DNA from: Mobula hypostoma | Taxonomy: Eukaryota | Length of the DNA: 64,000 bases | Assembly: GCF_963921235.1 (NCBI RefSeq) | Contig: NC_086097.1 | Span: 32,490,001 to 32,554,000 of the forward strand | Reading direction: 5' to 3' | Shown: positions 25,996-40,205 of the stretch, in pieces | Numbering within the stretch: the stretch's first letter is position 1 | How the letters are laid out: each line of letters opens with the position of its first letter | Made by a program: the position numbers and the translations under genes | The notes under the pieces: model-generated | Told to the model about the DNA's origin: nothing | Seen by the model: the letters and a program-made list of their open reading frames with translations, nothing else | Database searches by the model: none

Positions 25996-28900
25996 TACTG
26001 AAATAATCACCGATAAAAGCAAGCAGATGGAATGCTGGGTAGAACACTACTCTGAGCTCTACTCGAGGGAAAATATAGTTCTTAGTTCAGCCATTGATGC
26101 TATCGATTGTCTACCAGTCATGGATGAACTTGACTCTGAACCAACCAACCACTGAGGACCTCAGCAAGGCAATTGACAGTCTGACCCCAGGGAAAGCTCC
26201 TGGCAATGATGGGAATCCTCCAGACCTGATCAAACACTGCTCCAACCTTTACACGAGGTCCTCCGTCAGTGCTGGAAGGAAGGAGCTGTACCACAGGTTA
26301 TGCACGATTCCAAATATCGTCACTCTGAAAAAGAACAAGGGTGATAGCAGCCACTGCAACAACTACAGGGGTATCTCCCTCCTCAGTATTGTTGGCAAAG
26401 TCTTTGCTCGTGTAACTCTGGCAGAACGGGTCTACCCTGAGTCCCAATGTGGTTTTCGCGCAAGGAGGTCAACTGTCGACATGATTTTTCTCTCCAGGAG
26501 AAGTGCAGGGAATAACAGAAACCCCCCCATTTCGCTTTCATCGACTTAACTAAGGTATTCGACCTTGTCAGCAGGGATGGGCTCTTTCAGATTCTCCTCA
26601 AGATTGCCTGTCCTCCAAAACTCTAAAGTATCATCAAGTCATTCCATGACGACATGAGGGCTACTATTCAGTATGATGGCAGCTCATCAAAACCCTTCGC
26701 TATTTGCAGTGGAGTCAAACAAGGATGCATGTTGGCCCCAACATTATTCGGCATCTTCTTCTCTCTGCTATTGAAGCACGTGTTTGGGACGTTGACAAGA
26801 GGCATCTACATGCACACCAGGTCTGATGGGCGGCTGTTCAACCCTGCGTGCCTGACAGCAAGAACAAAGGTGCGAAAGATCTTAATACATGACATGCTCT
26901 TTGCCAATGACGCTGCTATAACCTCGCACACCAAACAGCAACTACAAACTCTCATGGACTGCTTCTCTAAGGCATGCAAGGACTTCGGGCTTACCATCAG
27001 CCTAAAGAAAACAAATGTCCTTGCCCAGAATGTAGTGGAGACACCAGTCATTACCATCGACAATTACGATCTAGAAGTGGTCCATGAGTTCACATACTTG
27101 GGGTCGACCATCAGCGACACTCTGTCCCTCAATGCTGAAATCAACAGGCTTATCGGCAAAGCAGCATCGATCCTTGCTCGACTCTCCTTGCGGGTCTGGG
27201 AGAATCCAAAACTCACTACAAAGACCAAGACTGCTGTGTCCAATGCATGCGTTATCAGCATCCTCCTGTATGGTAGTGAGACTTGGACCATCTACTCCAA
27301 GCAGGAGAGGAAACTCAACAGTTTTCACCTGCGCAGCCTTCACCGCATCATAGAAGCATAGAAAACCTATAGCACAATACAGGCCCTTCGGCCCACAAAG
27401 CTGTGCCGAACATGTCCCTACCTTAGAAATTACTAGGCTTACCCATAGCCCTCTACTTTTCTAAACTCCATGTACCTATCCAAAAGTCTCTTAAAAGACC
27501 CTATCGTATCTGCCTCCACCACCGTTGCCGGCAGCCCATTCCATGCACTCACCGCTCTCTGAGTAAAAACCTACCCCTGACATCTCCTCTGTACCTACTC
27601 CCCAGCACCTTAATCTTGTGTCCTCTTGTGGCAACCATTTCAGCCCTGGGAAAAAGCCTCTGACTATTTACACGATCAATGCCTCTCATCATTTTATACA
27701 CCTCTATCAGGTCACCTCTCATCCTCCATCGCTCCAAGGAGAAAAGGCCGAGTTCACTCAACCTGTTTTCATAAGGCGTGCTCCCTAATCCAGGCAACAT
27801 CCTTGTAAATCTCCTCTGCACCCTTTCGATGGCTTCCACATCCTTCCTGTAGTGAGGCTACCAGAACTGAGCACAGCACTCCAAGTGGGGTCTGACCAGG
27901 GTCCTATATAGCTGCAACATTACCTCTCGGTTCCTATAATCAATTCCACAATTAATGAAGGCCAATACACCGTATGCCTTCTTAACCACAGAGTCAACCT
28001 GCGCAGCTGCTTTGAGCATCCTATGGACTTGGACCCGGACCCCAAGATCCCTCTGATCCTCCACACTGCCAATTGATGTGTTTAGTCACATCCTCAAAAA
28101 AATCAATCAGGCTCGTAAGGCATGACCTGCCCTTGACAAAGCCATACTGACTATTCCTAATCATATTATACCTCTCCAAATGTTCATAAATCCTGCCTCT
28201 CAAGATCTTCTCCATGAACTTACCAACCACTGAAGTAAGACCCACTGGTCTATAATTTCCTGGGCTATCTCTACCCCCTTTCTTGAATAAAGGAACAATA
28301 TCCACAACCCTCCAATCCTCTGGAACCTCTCTCGTCCCCATTGATGATTCAAAGATCGTCGCCAGAGGCTAAGCAATCTCCTCCCTCCCACCCCCCCCCC
28401 CCCACAGTAGCCTGGGGTACATCTCATCCAGTCCCGGTGACTTATCCAACTTGATGCTTTCCAAAAGCTCCAGCACACCCTCTTTCTTAATCTCTACATG
28501 CTCAAGCTTTTCAGTCTCCTGTAAGTCATCCCTACAATCGCCAAGATCCTTTTCCATAGTGAACACTGAAGTAAAGTATACATTAAGTACCTCTGCTATT
28601 TCCTCCAGTTCCATTCACACATTCCCACTGTCACACTTAATAGGTCCTATTCTTTCACGTCTTATCCTCTTGCTCTTCACATACTTGTAGAATGCCTTGG
28701 GGTTTTCCTTAATCCTGCCCGCCAAGGCCTTCTCATGGCCCTTTCTGGCTCTCCTAATTTCCTTTTTAAGCTCCTTCCTGTTAGCCTTATAATCTTCTAG
28801 ATCTCTAACATTACCTAGCTTTCTGAACCTTTTGTAAGCTTTTCTTTTCTTCTTGACTAGATTTATTACAGCCTTTGTACACCACGGTTCCTGTACCCTA

Positions 28901-30425
28901 CCATAACTTCCCTGTCTCATTGGAACGTACCTATGCAGAACTCCACACAAATATCCCCTGAACATTTGCCACATCCCTTCCGTACTCTTCTCTGAAAACA
29001 TCTGTTCCCAATTTAAGCTTCCAATTTCCTGCCTGATAGCCTCATAATTCCCCTTACTCCAATTAAACACTTTTCTAACTTGTCCGTTCCTATCTCTCTC
29101 CAATGCTATTGTAAAAGAGATAGAGTTATGATCACTATCTCCAAAATGCTCTCCCACTGAGAGATCTGACACCTGACCTGGTTCATTTCCCAATACCAAA
29201 TCAAGTACAGTCTCTCCTCTTGTAGGCTTATCTACATATTGTGTCAAGAAACCTTCCTGAACACATCTAACAAACTCCACCCCATCAAAACCCCTCGCTC
29301 TAGGGAGATGCCAATCAATATTTGGGAAATTAAAATCTCCCATCATGACAACTCTGTTATTATTACACCTTTCCAGGATCTGTTTCCCTATTTGCTCCTT
29401 GATATCCCTGTTACTATTGGATGGCCTATAAAAAACACCCAGTAAAGTTATTGATCCCTTCCTGTTCCTAACCTCCACCCACAGAGACTCCGTAGACAAT
29501 CCCTCCATGACGTCCACGTTTTCTACAGCCGTGACACTATCTCTGATCAACAGTGCCACGCCCCGACCTCTTTTGCCTCCTTCCCTGTCCTTTCTGAAGC
29601 ATCTAAAACCCAGCACTTGAAGTAACCATTCCTGTCCCTGAGCCATCCAAGTCTCTGTAATGGCCACCACATCATAGCTCCAGGTACTGATCCATGCTCT
29701 AAGCTCATCTGCTTTGTTCACAATACTCCTTGTGTTAAGATAGACACATCTCAAACCGTCGGTCTGAGCGCATCCCTTCTATATCACCTGCCTATCCTCC
29801 CTCACACACTGTCTCCAAGCTTTCTCTATTTGTGAGCCAACCGCCTCTTCTCCAGTCTCTTCAGTTCGGTTCCTGCCCCCTTGGCATCACCTGAAGAGAC
29901 AAAGTCCCAAACTCTGAGGTGCTCTCCCATGCTGGACCTCCCACAATGTTCACGCTTTTAAGACAACGCAGACTGCGCTGGCTGGGCCACGTCTGTCGTA
30001 GGAAGGATGGTAGACTGCCAAAGGACATCCTCTACGGAGAACTAGCAAAAGGCAAGAGGAACGTTGGTAGACCCCAGCTTCGCTTCAAGGACCTCTGCAA
30101 GTGTGAAATGAAAGCCTTAAAAATCAACACAGAGTGCTGGGAGGATACAGCAGATGAACGCAACAAATGGCGAGGTACTCTTCGGCAACACCTAGAGCAA
30201 GGCGAAAGAGTGATCCTGAGTCAGTTTGAGGAACGGAGAGCTAAACGGAGAGCACAGCCGACAGCGGACAACAATTCCATGATAGTCTACACATGCAGCA
30301 ACTGTGGCAGAGCCTGCCGTTCCAGGATTGGCCTCAATAGCCATAGTCGACGCTGCTCGACAAACCAGTGACTCCCAGAGGCCCAGCACCCATGGTCGAC
30401 CACGACCGATAGAGACCATACACAC
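25996..30425 (+). mobile_element. RTE-clade LINE, 5'-truncated, split by a CR1 insertion
   Basis: GKAPG, NYRGISLLS, PESQCGFR, GVKQGCMLAPTLF, LFAND, LLYGSETW, RRLRWLGHV, and C-terminal CSNCGRACRSRIGLNSH. The reading frame resumes at ~29880. Confidence 0.9.
27350..29880 (-). mobile_element. CR1 LINE with open APE endonuclease ORF (28615-29754) and deleted RT core
   Basis: YLNTRSI, ITETW, GDFN, SDHN endonuclease motifs; NYRPVGLTS; deletion junction ~28070; catagaa-type tail at 27350. Confidence 0.9.
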
Positions 30426-31350
30426 TAGATTTACTAGAGCTGTCAGGAGCGACTTGAACTAATATGGCAGGGGGATGTGAGCCAGGATAATAGAGCTGAG
30501 GACGAGCCAGCAAGTTTACAAGCAGATGATCGGTGTAACATGAATGTAAGGAAGATTGTCAATCCAATGATTGAGTACAAATGCAGACAGAGCAAAGAGT
30601 TAAATTGTACCACAGAGGCAAAATTTAAAAGGGCTAAGAATGCAGGACTGAAGGTGCTGTAAGTAAATGTGCGTAGCATTTGGAATAAGGTGGACAAACT
30701 CGTAGCATATTAGAGGCTGGTCAGTATGACATTGTGGGCATCACTGAGTCGTGGCAGAAAGAAAGGCCATAGTTGGGAGCTTAACATCAAAGGATACACT
30801 TTGTATCGAAAGGACAGGCATGAAGGTATAGGTGGTGGTGTGGCTTTGTTGGTAAGAGATGGAATTACATCTTTAGAAAGAGGTGACATAGGGTCAGAGA
30901 ATATTGAATGAGGAGCATTTGGCAGTTTTGGGCCAGTACTCACTAGAATTTAGAAGAATGCCGGGGGAATCTCATCGAAACCTACAGAATATTGGAAGGA
31001 CTAGTTAGGGTGGATGTGGAGAGGATGTTTCTTATGGTGGGGGCATCCAGAACTAGAGGGCACAGCCTCAAAATTGAGGGGTGACTCTTTAGAATAGAAG
31101 TAAGGAGGAATTTTTTTTAGCCGCAGAGTAGTAAATCTATGGAATGCTCTGCCACAGATTGCAGTGGAGGCAAAGTCCATGTGATAATTTAAGGCTAAAG
31201 TTGTTTGTTTCCTGATCGGTCAAAGCATCAAAGTATATGGCGAGAAGGCAGGTTTATGGGATTGAGTGGAATCTGGGATCAGCCATGATGGAATGGCTGA
31301 AGAGACTTGATGGGCTGAATGGCCTAATTCTGCTCCTATGTCTTATGGAC
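30425..31350 (+). mobile_element. Internally deleted CR1 (ORF2 start joined to 3' end)
   Basis: Endonuclease start (YTLYRKDR..GGGVALLVR) fused at ~30910 to CR1 3' sequence and tail. Confidence 0.75.
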
Positions 31351-33414
31351 CTTTTCTCAGGTTGGAAATAGCTAATATGACGTGCCATCATTTTAAGATG
31401 TTTGGAGGAAAGTGTTGGGGAAAGTCAGAAGAAATTATTATTATTATTATTTACTTTCTTCACACAGATAGTTCTGGTGCATGGAACACCCTGTCAGGGA
31501 TGGTGATAGAGGAAGATACATTAGTGACATTTAAGAGAATCTTAAATAGGTATATGATGATAGAAAAATAAGGAGCTGTTTAGGAGAGAAGTTAGATTGA
31601 TCATTAAAGTAGGTTAAAATATCAGCACATCATGGGCCATAGGGCCTGTTCTGTGCTGTAGTGTTCTATGTTTCTACGTTCTACTGTATATTCTTATAAT
31701 GAAGACACTGGTTTTAGTTTGGTAATGTTCACGTGTAAACTCCATTTGGAATTCTATCATATTGTGGTCACCACATCTTTAACCACACTGGAATATGCTC
31801 TTCAGCCCATCAAGTTGGCGCCAACCACAGTAGAGGGGCTAGTGACATGGTGTCATGACATATCCCTCAATGTCAGGAAAACAAAAGAGCTGATCTTTGA
31901 TCACAGAAGATGAGGGGAAGGGTTGATGCTCTGGTTTACATCAATGGTCTTGAGTTTAGACTTGAGCTTCAGGTTCCTAGGAGTGAGCAGCATCAATAGC
32001 TGGTCCTGGTCCGACCATGTATATGTCATGGACAAGAAAACTCACCAGCATCTCAATTTTCTCAGGAGGCTAAAGAAATTTGCCATGTCCCCTTTGACCC
32101 TCACCAATTTTTATTGATGCCCCATAGAAAGCATTCTGCCTGGATACATCATGGCTTGATGCAGCAACTGCATTACCTGTGACCGGAAGAAACTGCAGAG
32201 AGTTTTGAATACAGCTCAGCACATCATGGAAACCAGGCTCCCCTCCATGGATCCCTGTGCCTTAGTAAAACAGCCGGCATAATCACAGACCACACCTATG
32301 ATGAATATTTGCTCTTCTCCTCTTTCCCATTGGGTAGGAGATACAAAAGCCGGAAACAACATACTAAGCATCTTACTGTTATAAGACTATGTGACAGTCC
32401 CCTAGCACAAAAAGATGTACTCTTGACTTCTCAGTATATCTTGTTATGACCTTGCACCTTATTGTTTGCCTGCATTGCACTTTCTCTCTAAGTAACACTT
32501 CATTCTGCATTGAGTTATTACAAACGTATTTGACCTTTTACTACCTCAAAGCACCATTGTAATGAATTGATCTGTATGGACAATATGCAAGTCAAGTTTT
32601 TCACTGTACCTTGGTACCTGTGACAATGACAAACCAATTTATCAATTTAAGACACCCACCCCCCCGCCTGCATGTGGACTGTATCCCTTGATTCCCAGCC
32701 TGTTCATGTGTCTGTCTCAGGTAATAATCTGGAGATAATCACCCTTTTTGGTTCTACTTTTCAATTTTTCCCTGAGCATTGTGTTTTAATTAAATTCACA
32801 TTCTTGCTTTCAAATGCATTGAAAATCTTCCCTTCCCCTACAGCTACACACATAAGGTACTCTTGCAATACTGATCTCTCATGAAGATAGAAGTATTACT
32901 GCTTGGCTGTGGGCAACCCTCCAACTGCCTGGGCCCTAAACTGTAATAGATATTTCCCTAAATCTCCCATGATGCACTCTTTAAAATATTCCTCTTTAAT
33001 CTTTCAGCATGGAGTCATATCGTTATACAGCATGGAAACAATCTCTTCACCATAACTCATCCATACCAACAAAGGTGTCTACCTGAGTCAGGACCACTTG
33101 CATGTTTTTGGCCAACATCCCTGTAAACCAGGGGTTCCCAATGTTTTTCTATGCCATGGACCAATACCATTAAGCAACAGGTCTATGGACCCCAAGATGG
33201 GAGTCTAAACCTTTCCGATACACTTTAAAAATGTCTTTTAATTGTTGACTTATACCTGTCTCTATCACTTCCGCTGGAAGCTCATTCCATATACCACCGC
33301 CTTTTGTGTCCGACTGCCTCTGAGGTCCACTTTGATCTTTCCTCCTTTGCCTTAAACCTGTGCCCTCTAGTTTTAGACTCTCAAGATTCATAATTCAAAT
33401 TTATTTATCAATGT

Positions 33415-34170
33415 GTACATTGATAGAGGGATCAGAAGTGGAGAGAGCGAGCAGCTTCAAGTTCCTGGGTGTCGAGATCTCTGAGAATCTAACCTGGTCC
33501 CAACACATTGATATACCTGTAGTCATAAAGAAGGCAAGACAGTGGCGAAACTTTATTCAGAGTTTGAAGCGATTTGGCATGTCAACAAATACACTCAAAA
33601 ATTTCTATAGTTGTACCGTGGAGAGCATTCTGACAGGCTGTATCACTGTCTGGTATGGAAGGGCTGCTGCACATGACCAAAAGAAGCTGTAGAAGGTTGT
33701 AAATCTAGTCAGCTCCATCTTGGGCACTAGCCTACAAAGTACCCAGGACATCTTCAGGGAGCGGTGTCCCAGAAAGGCAACGTCCATTATTAAGGGCCTC
33801 CAGCACCCAGGGCATGCCCTTTTCTCACTGTTACCATCAGGTAGGAGATACAGAAGCATGAAGGCACACACTCAATAACTCAGGAACAGCTTCTTCCCTT
33901 CTGCCTTCCGATTCCTGAATGGACTTTGAAGCTTTGGACACTACCTCACTTTTTTAATATACAGTATTTCTGTTTTTGCACATTTTTAAATAATCTATTC
34001 AATATACGTAATTGATTTACTTGTTTATTTATTATTATGTTTTATTTTATTTATTATTATTACTTTTTTTCTCTCTCTGCTAGATTATGTATTGCATTGA
34101 ACTGCTGCTGCTAAGTTAACAAATTTCACGTCACATGCCGGTGATAATAAACCTGATTCTGATTCTAATT
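33415..34170 (+). mobile_element. Rex1/Babar 3' portion; similar fragments at 21925-22460, 31810-32645, 55155-55930
   Basis: VERASSFKFLGVEISENLTW...VESILTGCITVWYG; (ctgatt)n tail. Confidence 0.82.
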
Positions 34171-35002
34171 CTGAAACATAGTGAAATGTGTCATTTGCAT
34201 TAACAACCAATCTGGGGGTGTGCTGGGGGTAGCCTGCAAGTGTCACCACACATTCCGGTGCCAACCCTGGGTAAAAGGTCCTGATCATTTACCTTAGCTT
34301 TGGCCCTCATGGTCTATATACTTTTATAAATGACCCCTCAGCTTTCTTCACTCAGGGAAAACAGTCCCAGCTTGTCCAGTCTCTCCTTATAACCCAAGCT
34401 CTCCAGTCCACTGATCCTAGTGAATCTTTACTGCACAGTTTCCAGATTAATGATATCTTTCCCATAGCTAGGTAACCAGAATTGCATACACTATTCCAAG
34501 AGCAGTCTCACCAGCGTTCGTACAGCATCTGTGGTGGGGAAGGAATTGTTAACACTTTCAGAGTCAGAATCAGACTCAGCTTCATTATCACTGACTTGTA
34601 TGAAATTAAAGTTGTTGTTTTGAGGCAGCAGTACAGTGCAAAGACAAAAAAAATTACTATAAGTTACAAAATAAATAGTGCAAACAGTCCAGATGCAGGG
34701 TTTTGAAAAACCGCTGACAATTCCTTCCCTCCCACAGATGTCACTTGACCAGCTGAGTTCCTCCAGACTGTTGGTTGAAATGACATGTGAAGACAACACA
34801 GGAGACAGCTTAAAGTAAATTCCTTTTACTCCAGGTTCTTAAACCCATTGGGATCACTAATGTCGAATCAATATGACTCTACACCAGACTGTCATGAAAC
34901 CATTTAGCTGAAAGGCACTTTGGGGCAGACAATAAATGCTGCCCTACCCACCACAGTGTTTTGAAAGAAGCAGAAAAATCAGCTGGTTTTCAAACTGCTT
35001 AC

Positions 35003-35157
35003 TTTTCCATTTAAATGGGCTTGTTTCTTCGACCACTTCCTGAACAAGCAGACCTTCAACAACAGTTCTATACTTCTCCCACAGATAAAGCCAGGGATCT
35101 TTTTGAATAATATACTGTGGCCTCACTATGTTGCTGTGTCCTAGGAGATTCTGGAGC
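35003..35157 (-). CDS. NOXRED1: NOXRED1 exon 4
   Basis: Acceptor ttttcacag, donor gtaagc, 155 nt. Encodes LQNLLGHSNIVRPQY...SPFKWK; cf. LKLLLNHTNILRPQY. Confidence 0.92.
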
Positions 35158-37550
35158 CTGTGAAAAGAGAGAGAACAATAACAATTCCCACGTAGTAAGC
35201 ACCGAATCCAACTGTTTCCAGGAGTGAGGGAAGTAATCTATGAGGATGAATTTAGTGGAGATAGACAAAAACTTGTAATGGCATAGAAGAAGGCTACCAA
35301 TCCATGCAGGCGCAAAGGTCTGAAATACCATCAGTCTGAATCTCTTTAATTCCCCCTACCTTATCCTCTGATGCACACATGCTCGTCAATTCTCTTTGAT
35401 TCTTTTCTGCCACTAACTTACACTAAGTGATAACTTGCAGTTATAGAATCATAAAGCTCTACAGCATAGAAATAGGCCCTTCGGCCCATCTAGTTCACAT
35501 CAAACTATTATTCTGCTTAGTCCCATTGACCCGCGCCAGGACCATAAGCCTCCATATCCTTACCCAAACCTCTCAAATACTGAACCCACAACCACTACTT
35601 CTGCTGGAAGCTCGTTCCACACTCACATCCTGTCAGTGAAGAAGTACACCTTCAAGTTCCCCTTAAACATTTCTCCTTTCATCCTTAATCTCTGACCTCT
35701 GGTTCTAGTGTCACCAAACCTCAGTGGAAAAACAAACACGAGAAAATCTGCAGATGGTGGAGATCCAAGGAACACACTGGAAGAACTGGAAGAAAATGCT
35801 GGAAGAACTCAGCAGGCCAGGCGGCATCTATGGAAAAGAGTCAACAGTTGATGTTTTAGGCTGAGACCCTCATCAGCAGTCTCATTTCCAATATTAGCCT
35901 TTAATTTCCTGTCTTTTGCTTCCCTGACTTCTTAAAGAGTGGAGTGTCATTTGTGATTTTTCAGTCCTCTGGCACCGTTCTAGGAACTAGTGATTCTTGA
36001 AAGATCATGACTGGTGCCTCCATAATATCTTCAGCCATTCTCCAGAAAGCTATCTCACAGGTGAAGTGGAGATTCTGGACTAGACTGGAATCAGTGAGGG
36101 ATGCTCAACAACTGAGGCAGGGTTTGAATGCCATAACCTCCTACAAAGCTAAATCTTGCAACATAGGGGACAGGAGGGCTTCACATTCGGATAAGTTCAA
36201 TGCCTTCTGTGCATGCTTTGACCACCAGAACAGGGAGGAACCATCCTGCAAACCTCATGTATCCTGATGATCCTTTGGTCTCAGTATCTGAAGATGATGT
36301 GCGGGCTGCTTTCAAGAGAGTGAATCCAAAGAAAGCTCCCGGTTCGGACAGAGTACCTGGCTGAGTATCGAAGCCCTCTGCTGACCAACTGGCTGGTGTA
36401 TTCACAGGTATCTTCAACTTCTCACTCTGGCAGTGTGTGGTACCCACCTGCTTCAAGCAGGCTTCAATCGTACCGGTACCCAAGAAGAGTAAGGTAACCT
36501 GTCTCAATGACTATCGCCCAGTGGCACTTATATCTACAGTGATGAAGTGTTTTGAGAGGCTGGTGCTGAAGCATATCAGCTCCTGTCTGAGAGGTGACTT
36601 GGATCCGCTCCAATTCATCTGCTGAAGCAACAGGTCTACAGCAGATGCCATCTCATTGGCTCTTCACACAACCCTGGAACATCTGGACAGCAAAGATGCA
36701 TAAGAGAGCAAAGAGATCAGGATGCACTTTATCGATTACAGCGCAGCATTTAGTACCATCATCCCCTTAAAACTAATCAGCAAACTCCAAGAAATGGGCC
36801 TCAATACCTCTTGTACAATTGGATCCTGGATCTCCTCACTGTAGACCCCATTCAGTTTGGACTGGCAAAAACATCTCCTCCACAATCACAAAGGAGCACT
36901 ATGGGGATGAATGTGTAGCCCCCTGCTCTACTCACCTCTGACTGTGTGGCTAAATACAGCTCCAACACTATATACAAGTTTGTTGATGAAACCACTGTTG
37001 TGGGCTGTATCAAAGGTGGTGATGAATCAGCATATAGGAGGGAGACTGTAAATTTGACTGAGTGGAGTAATAACAACAATCTCTCACTCAATATCAATAA
37101 GACCAAGGAACTGATTGTGGACTTCAGGAGAGGGAAACCAGAGGTCCATGAGCCAGTCCTCATTGGAGGATCAGAGGTGGAGAGGGTCAGTAACTTTAAA
37201 TTCCTGGGTGTCACCATCTCAGAGGACTTGACCTGGATCCATCATATAAATATACATAATTGCAAAGTAAGCGTGACAGTGCCTCTACTTCCTCAGCACA
37301 ACATCAAAAATCTTGGCAAACTTCTACAGATAGATCAGCCATGATGAAATGGTGGGGCAGACAATGGGCCAAATGGCCTAATTCTGCTCCCGTATCTTAT
37401 GGTCGTATGTGTGGTGGAAAGTGTGCTGACTGGCTGCATTATGGCCTGGTATAGGAACAACAATGTCTTTGAGTGGAAAATCCGACAAAAGGTAGTGGAT
37501 TCAGCCCAATACATCACGGGTAAAGCCCTCCCAACCATCGAGCACATCTA

Positions 37551-38387
37551 TTGAATTGAAATGACTTGATTTCTTACATCCTTCATATACATGCGGAGTA
37601 AAAATCTTTACGTTAGGTCTCCGTCTGAATGAGCAATGTCCAAGTTATAGTAATTTGTAATAAATTGTATGTACAACAGAACAGTCAATATAGCTTAGAA
37701 ATACAATTGTGTCAGCGTGAATTAATCGGTCTGATGGCCTGGTGGAAGAAGCTGTCCTGGAGCCTGTTGGTCCTGGCTTTTATGCTGTGGTACTGTTTCC
37801 TGGATGGTAGCAGCTGAAACAGTTTGTGGTTGGGGTGACTCAGGTCCCCAGTAATCCTTTGGGCCCTTTTTACGCACCTGTTGCTGTAAATGTCCTGAAT
37901 AATGGGAAGTTCACATCCACAGATGCGCTCGGCTGTCCGCACCACTTACTGCAGAGTCCTGCGATTAAGGTGAAGCACCTTCAAGCACCTTCCAGACAGT
38001 TAACCCAGTTACAACATATATATATATATGGTTTACCACATAAGGGAAGTATAGTTCCCATACCAGGCAGTGATACAGCCAGTCAGGATGCTCTTAACTG
38101 TGCCCCCGTAGAAAGTCCTTAAAATTTGGGTACTCATGCCAAACTTCTGTCTGAGGTGAAAGAGGCACTGTTGTGCTTTTTTCACCACACAGCTGATATG
38201 TACAGATCACATGAGATCCTCGGTGATGTGTATACCAAAGAACTTAAAGCTGTTCACCCTCTCATCCCAGATCCATTGATGTCAATAGGGGTGAGCTTGT
38301 CTCTGTTCCTCCTGTAGTCCAAAGCCAGCTCCTTTGTTGTTGTGACATTGAGGGAGAGGTTGTTTTCTTGACACCACTGTGTCAGGG
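37551..38387 (-). mobile_element. Second Rex1/Babar-type LINE 3' portion, nested antisense
   Basis: VRTAERICG...LFQLLPS.KQYHSIKARTNRLQDSFFHQAIR; the host sequence gagcacatcta|catgaaac rejoins across it. Confidence 0.8.
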
Positions 38388-38485
38388 ACATGAAACGTTA
38401 GTGTAGAAAAGCAGCATCTATCATTAATGAACCTCACCATCCAAGCAATACTCTTTTCTCGCTGCTGCCATCAGGTAGAAGGTAC

Positions 38486-38768
38486 TGTCACGTACCCCGT
38501 GACGGGGATAAAGAACCAGCAGAAATAGAAACCACTTTGGAGTCTCGTATTGCTATAAACTACTAATATTTATTAGTAACTACGCAATACAGTAATATAA
38601 ATGTAGATAAATCACACAGATTAGCAAATGATTATATATAAAAGTAAGTGTGGAATATATATGTATGATAACCAAGCTTCTTTAAATCTAGGGGTAAAAA
38701 GATACAGTCTTACGGTGTTGAGTAAAGTTCAGTTCAGTTCAGTTTGTGGTATTTAGTTGAGTAGTGAT

Positions 38769-38823
<55 letters not shown>

Positions 38824-39491
38824 GTTGAGTCTTCAGGTGAGCTGATGCCGTCGATCTTCTCGTTGTCCTCCGAAATCCTTTACAAGTCACCGACTGTGAC
38901 TTTAACCAGGGGGACCGGTTTTCCTGTGGTGGAGCTATCACCCCGGCAAGGATGGACACATAGACAACTCCCCACCAGTCAACCCCTTCTTCACAGGTGG
39001 AATAGCAATTTGGATCGATCCGCCTGATCGATCCTCCAAAACCCACTTTCTCTGCGGGCACAACAATGCTCATTCAGTGTCCAGATCATGTGTCTGAGGT
39101 CTGTATCATCTGACCTCTCATTTATTTCACCAGGCTGAGCATCACCTGTCACTCAAAGAGTCCCTCCTTCCTTTGTCTGTAAAGGAGTGCACAAGCAGGC
39201 AACAAGTCCTTGAAGAAATATCAACAATCTGCCTTTGGTCACCATAGCAACTTTCGAGCTGCGTGGTGCTGTCTCCAACTCCAAACTCAGTAGAAATCCA
39301 AAGTTACTTCCAATGCCTTAAAGTGACAGTCCAACTGTTAATCTTCATCTCTCTCTCTCTTTTCAAAAGCAACACATCGGTGGTAAATAACTCTGTCACT
39401 CTCTCCTTTCCAAACAAACCATCAATGATAAATGTCTCTCTCTGTCTCTCTCGTCAAACAGTTAATAGGGGCACTCCTGGATCCCCTCACA
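38486..39491 (-). mobile_element. Solo LTR (1006 bp)
   Basis: TGT...ACA termini; 4-bp TSD GTAC at 38482-38485 and 39492-39495; internal (GA)n. Strand inferred from a minus-strand AATAAA near 38570. Confidence 0.85.
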
Positions 39492-40024
39492 GTACAGGTG
39501 CCTCAGGATTTGCACCATCAGGTTCAAGAACAATTGCTATACCTCAACCATCAGATTCTAAAACAAAAGGGAATAACTACACTCATTCTACTTCTGGTGT
39601 TCACAAAACCAATGGTCTCACGTTAACGACTCTTTATCTTGTTATTTCATGCTCGTTATTTATTCCTATTTATTTATATCTGTATTTGCACAGTTTGCTG
39701 TCAATTGATCCTGTTTACAGTTACCGTTCTATAGATTTGCTAAGCATGCCCACTGAAAAATAATCTCAGGGTTGTATGTAGTGACATGTACTTACTCTGA
39801 TAATAAATTTTACTTTGAACTTTGAAACTTTGATCTGGCCATGGTCAGATCTGAGTTTAAGATGAACTGGCTATGGACAGACATGGGCTTGATGTGATCA
39901 GGACATAGACAGATCTTAGCTTGAGGTGATCTGATCATTTGTCAGACCTGGTGTGAGACTGACCTCCGCAGGTGATGATCTGGGTGTGTGAGAAATGGAA
40001 TAGGAGGACCTGGATTTGACTGAC

Positions 40025-40205
40025 CTCTTCGCAGGTACCGCAGTCACCAGGCTGTACACAATGCAGGTCTTGGAGATGTGGCCCCGTATCTGAGAGGAAA
40101 CCAGTGTCAGTTGAAATAGCTGACAGCAGAGAAATAACACGTCTACAGAAGCAGCCAGCTGTTGGTTGTCATAGATGCAGTGGACTCCCAGATCCATTAG
40201 CTCCT
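40025..40205 (-). CDS. NOXRED1: NOXRED1 exon 3
   Basis: Acceptor ctgtttcag, donor gtcagt, 181 nt, phases fit. Encodes ELMDLGVHCIYDNQQLAASVDVLFLCC...CIVYSLVTAVPAK. Confidence 0.93.

Larger units (their letters stand above)
36045..39830 (+). mobile_element. Rex1/Babar LINE carrying three nested insertions
   Basis: [32 protein letters not shown]. Interrupted at ~37332-37405 (CR1 tail), 37551-38387 and 38486-39491. Confidence 0.85.
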
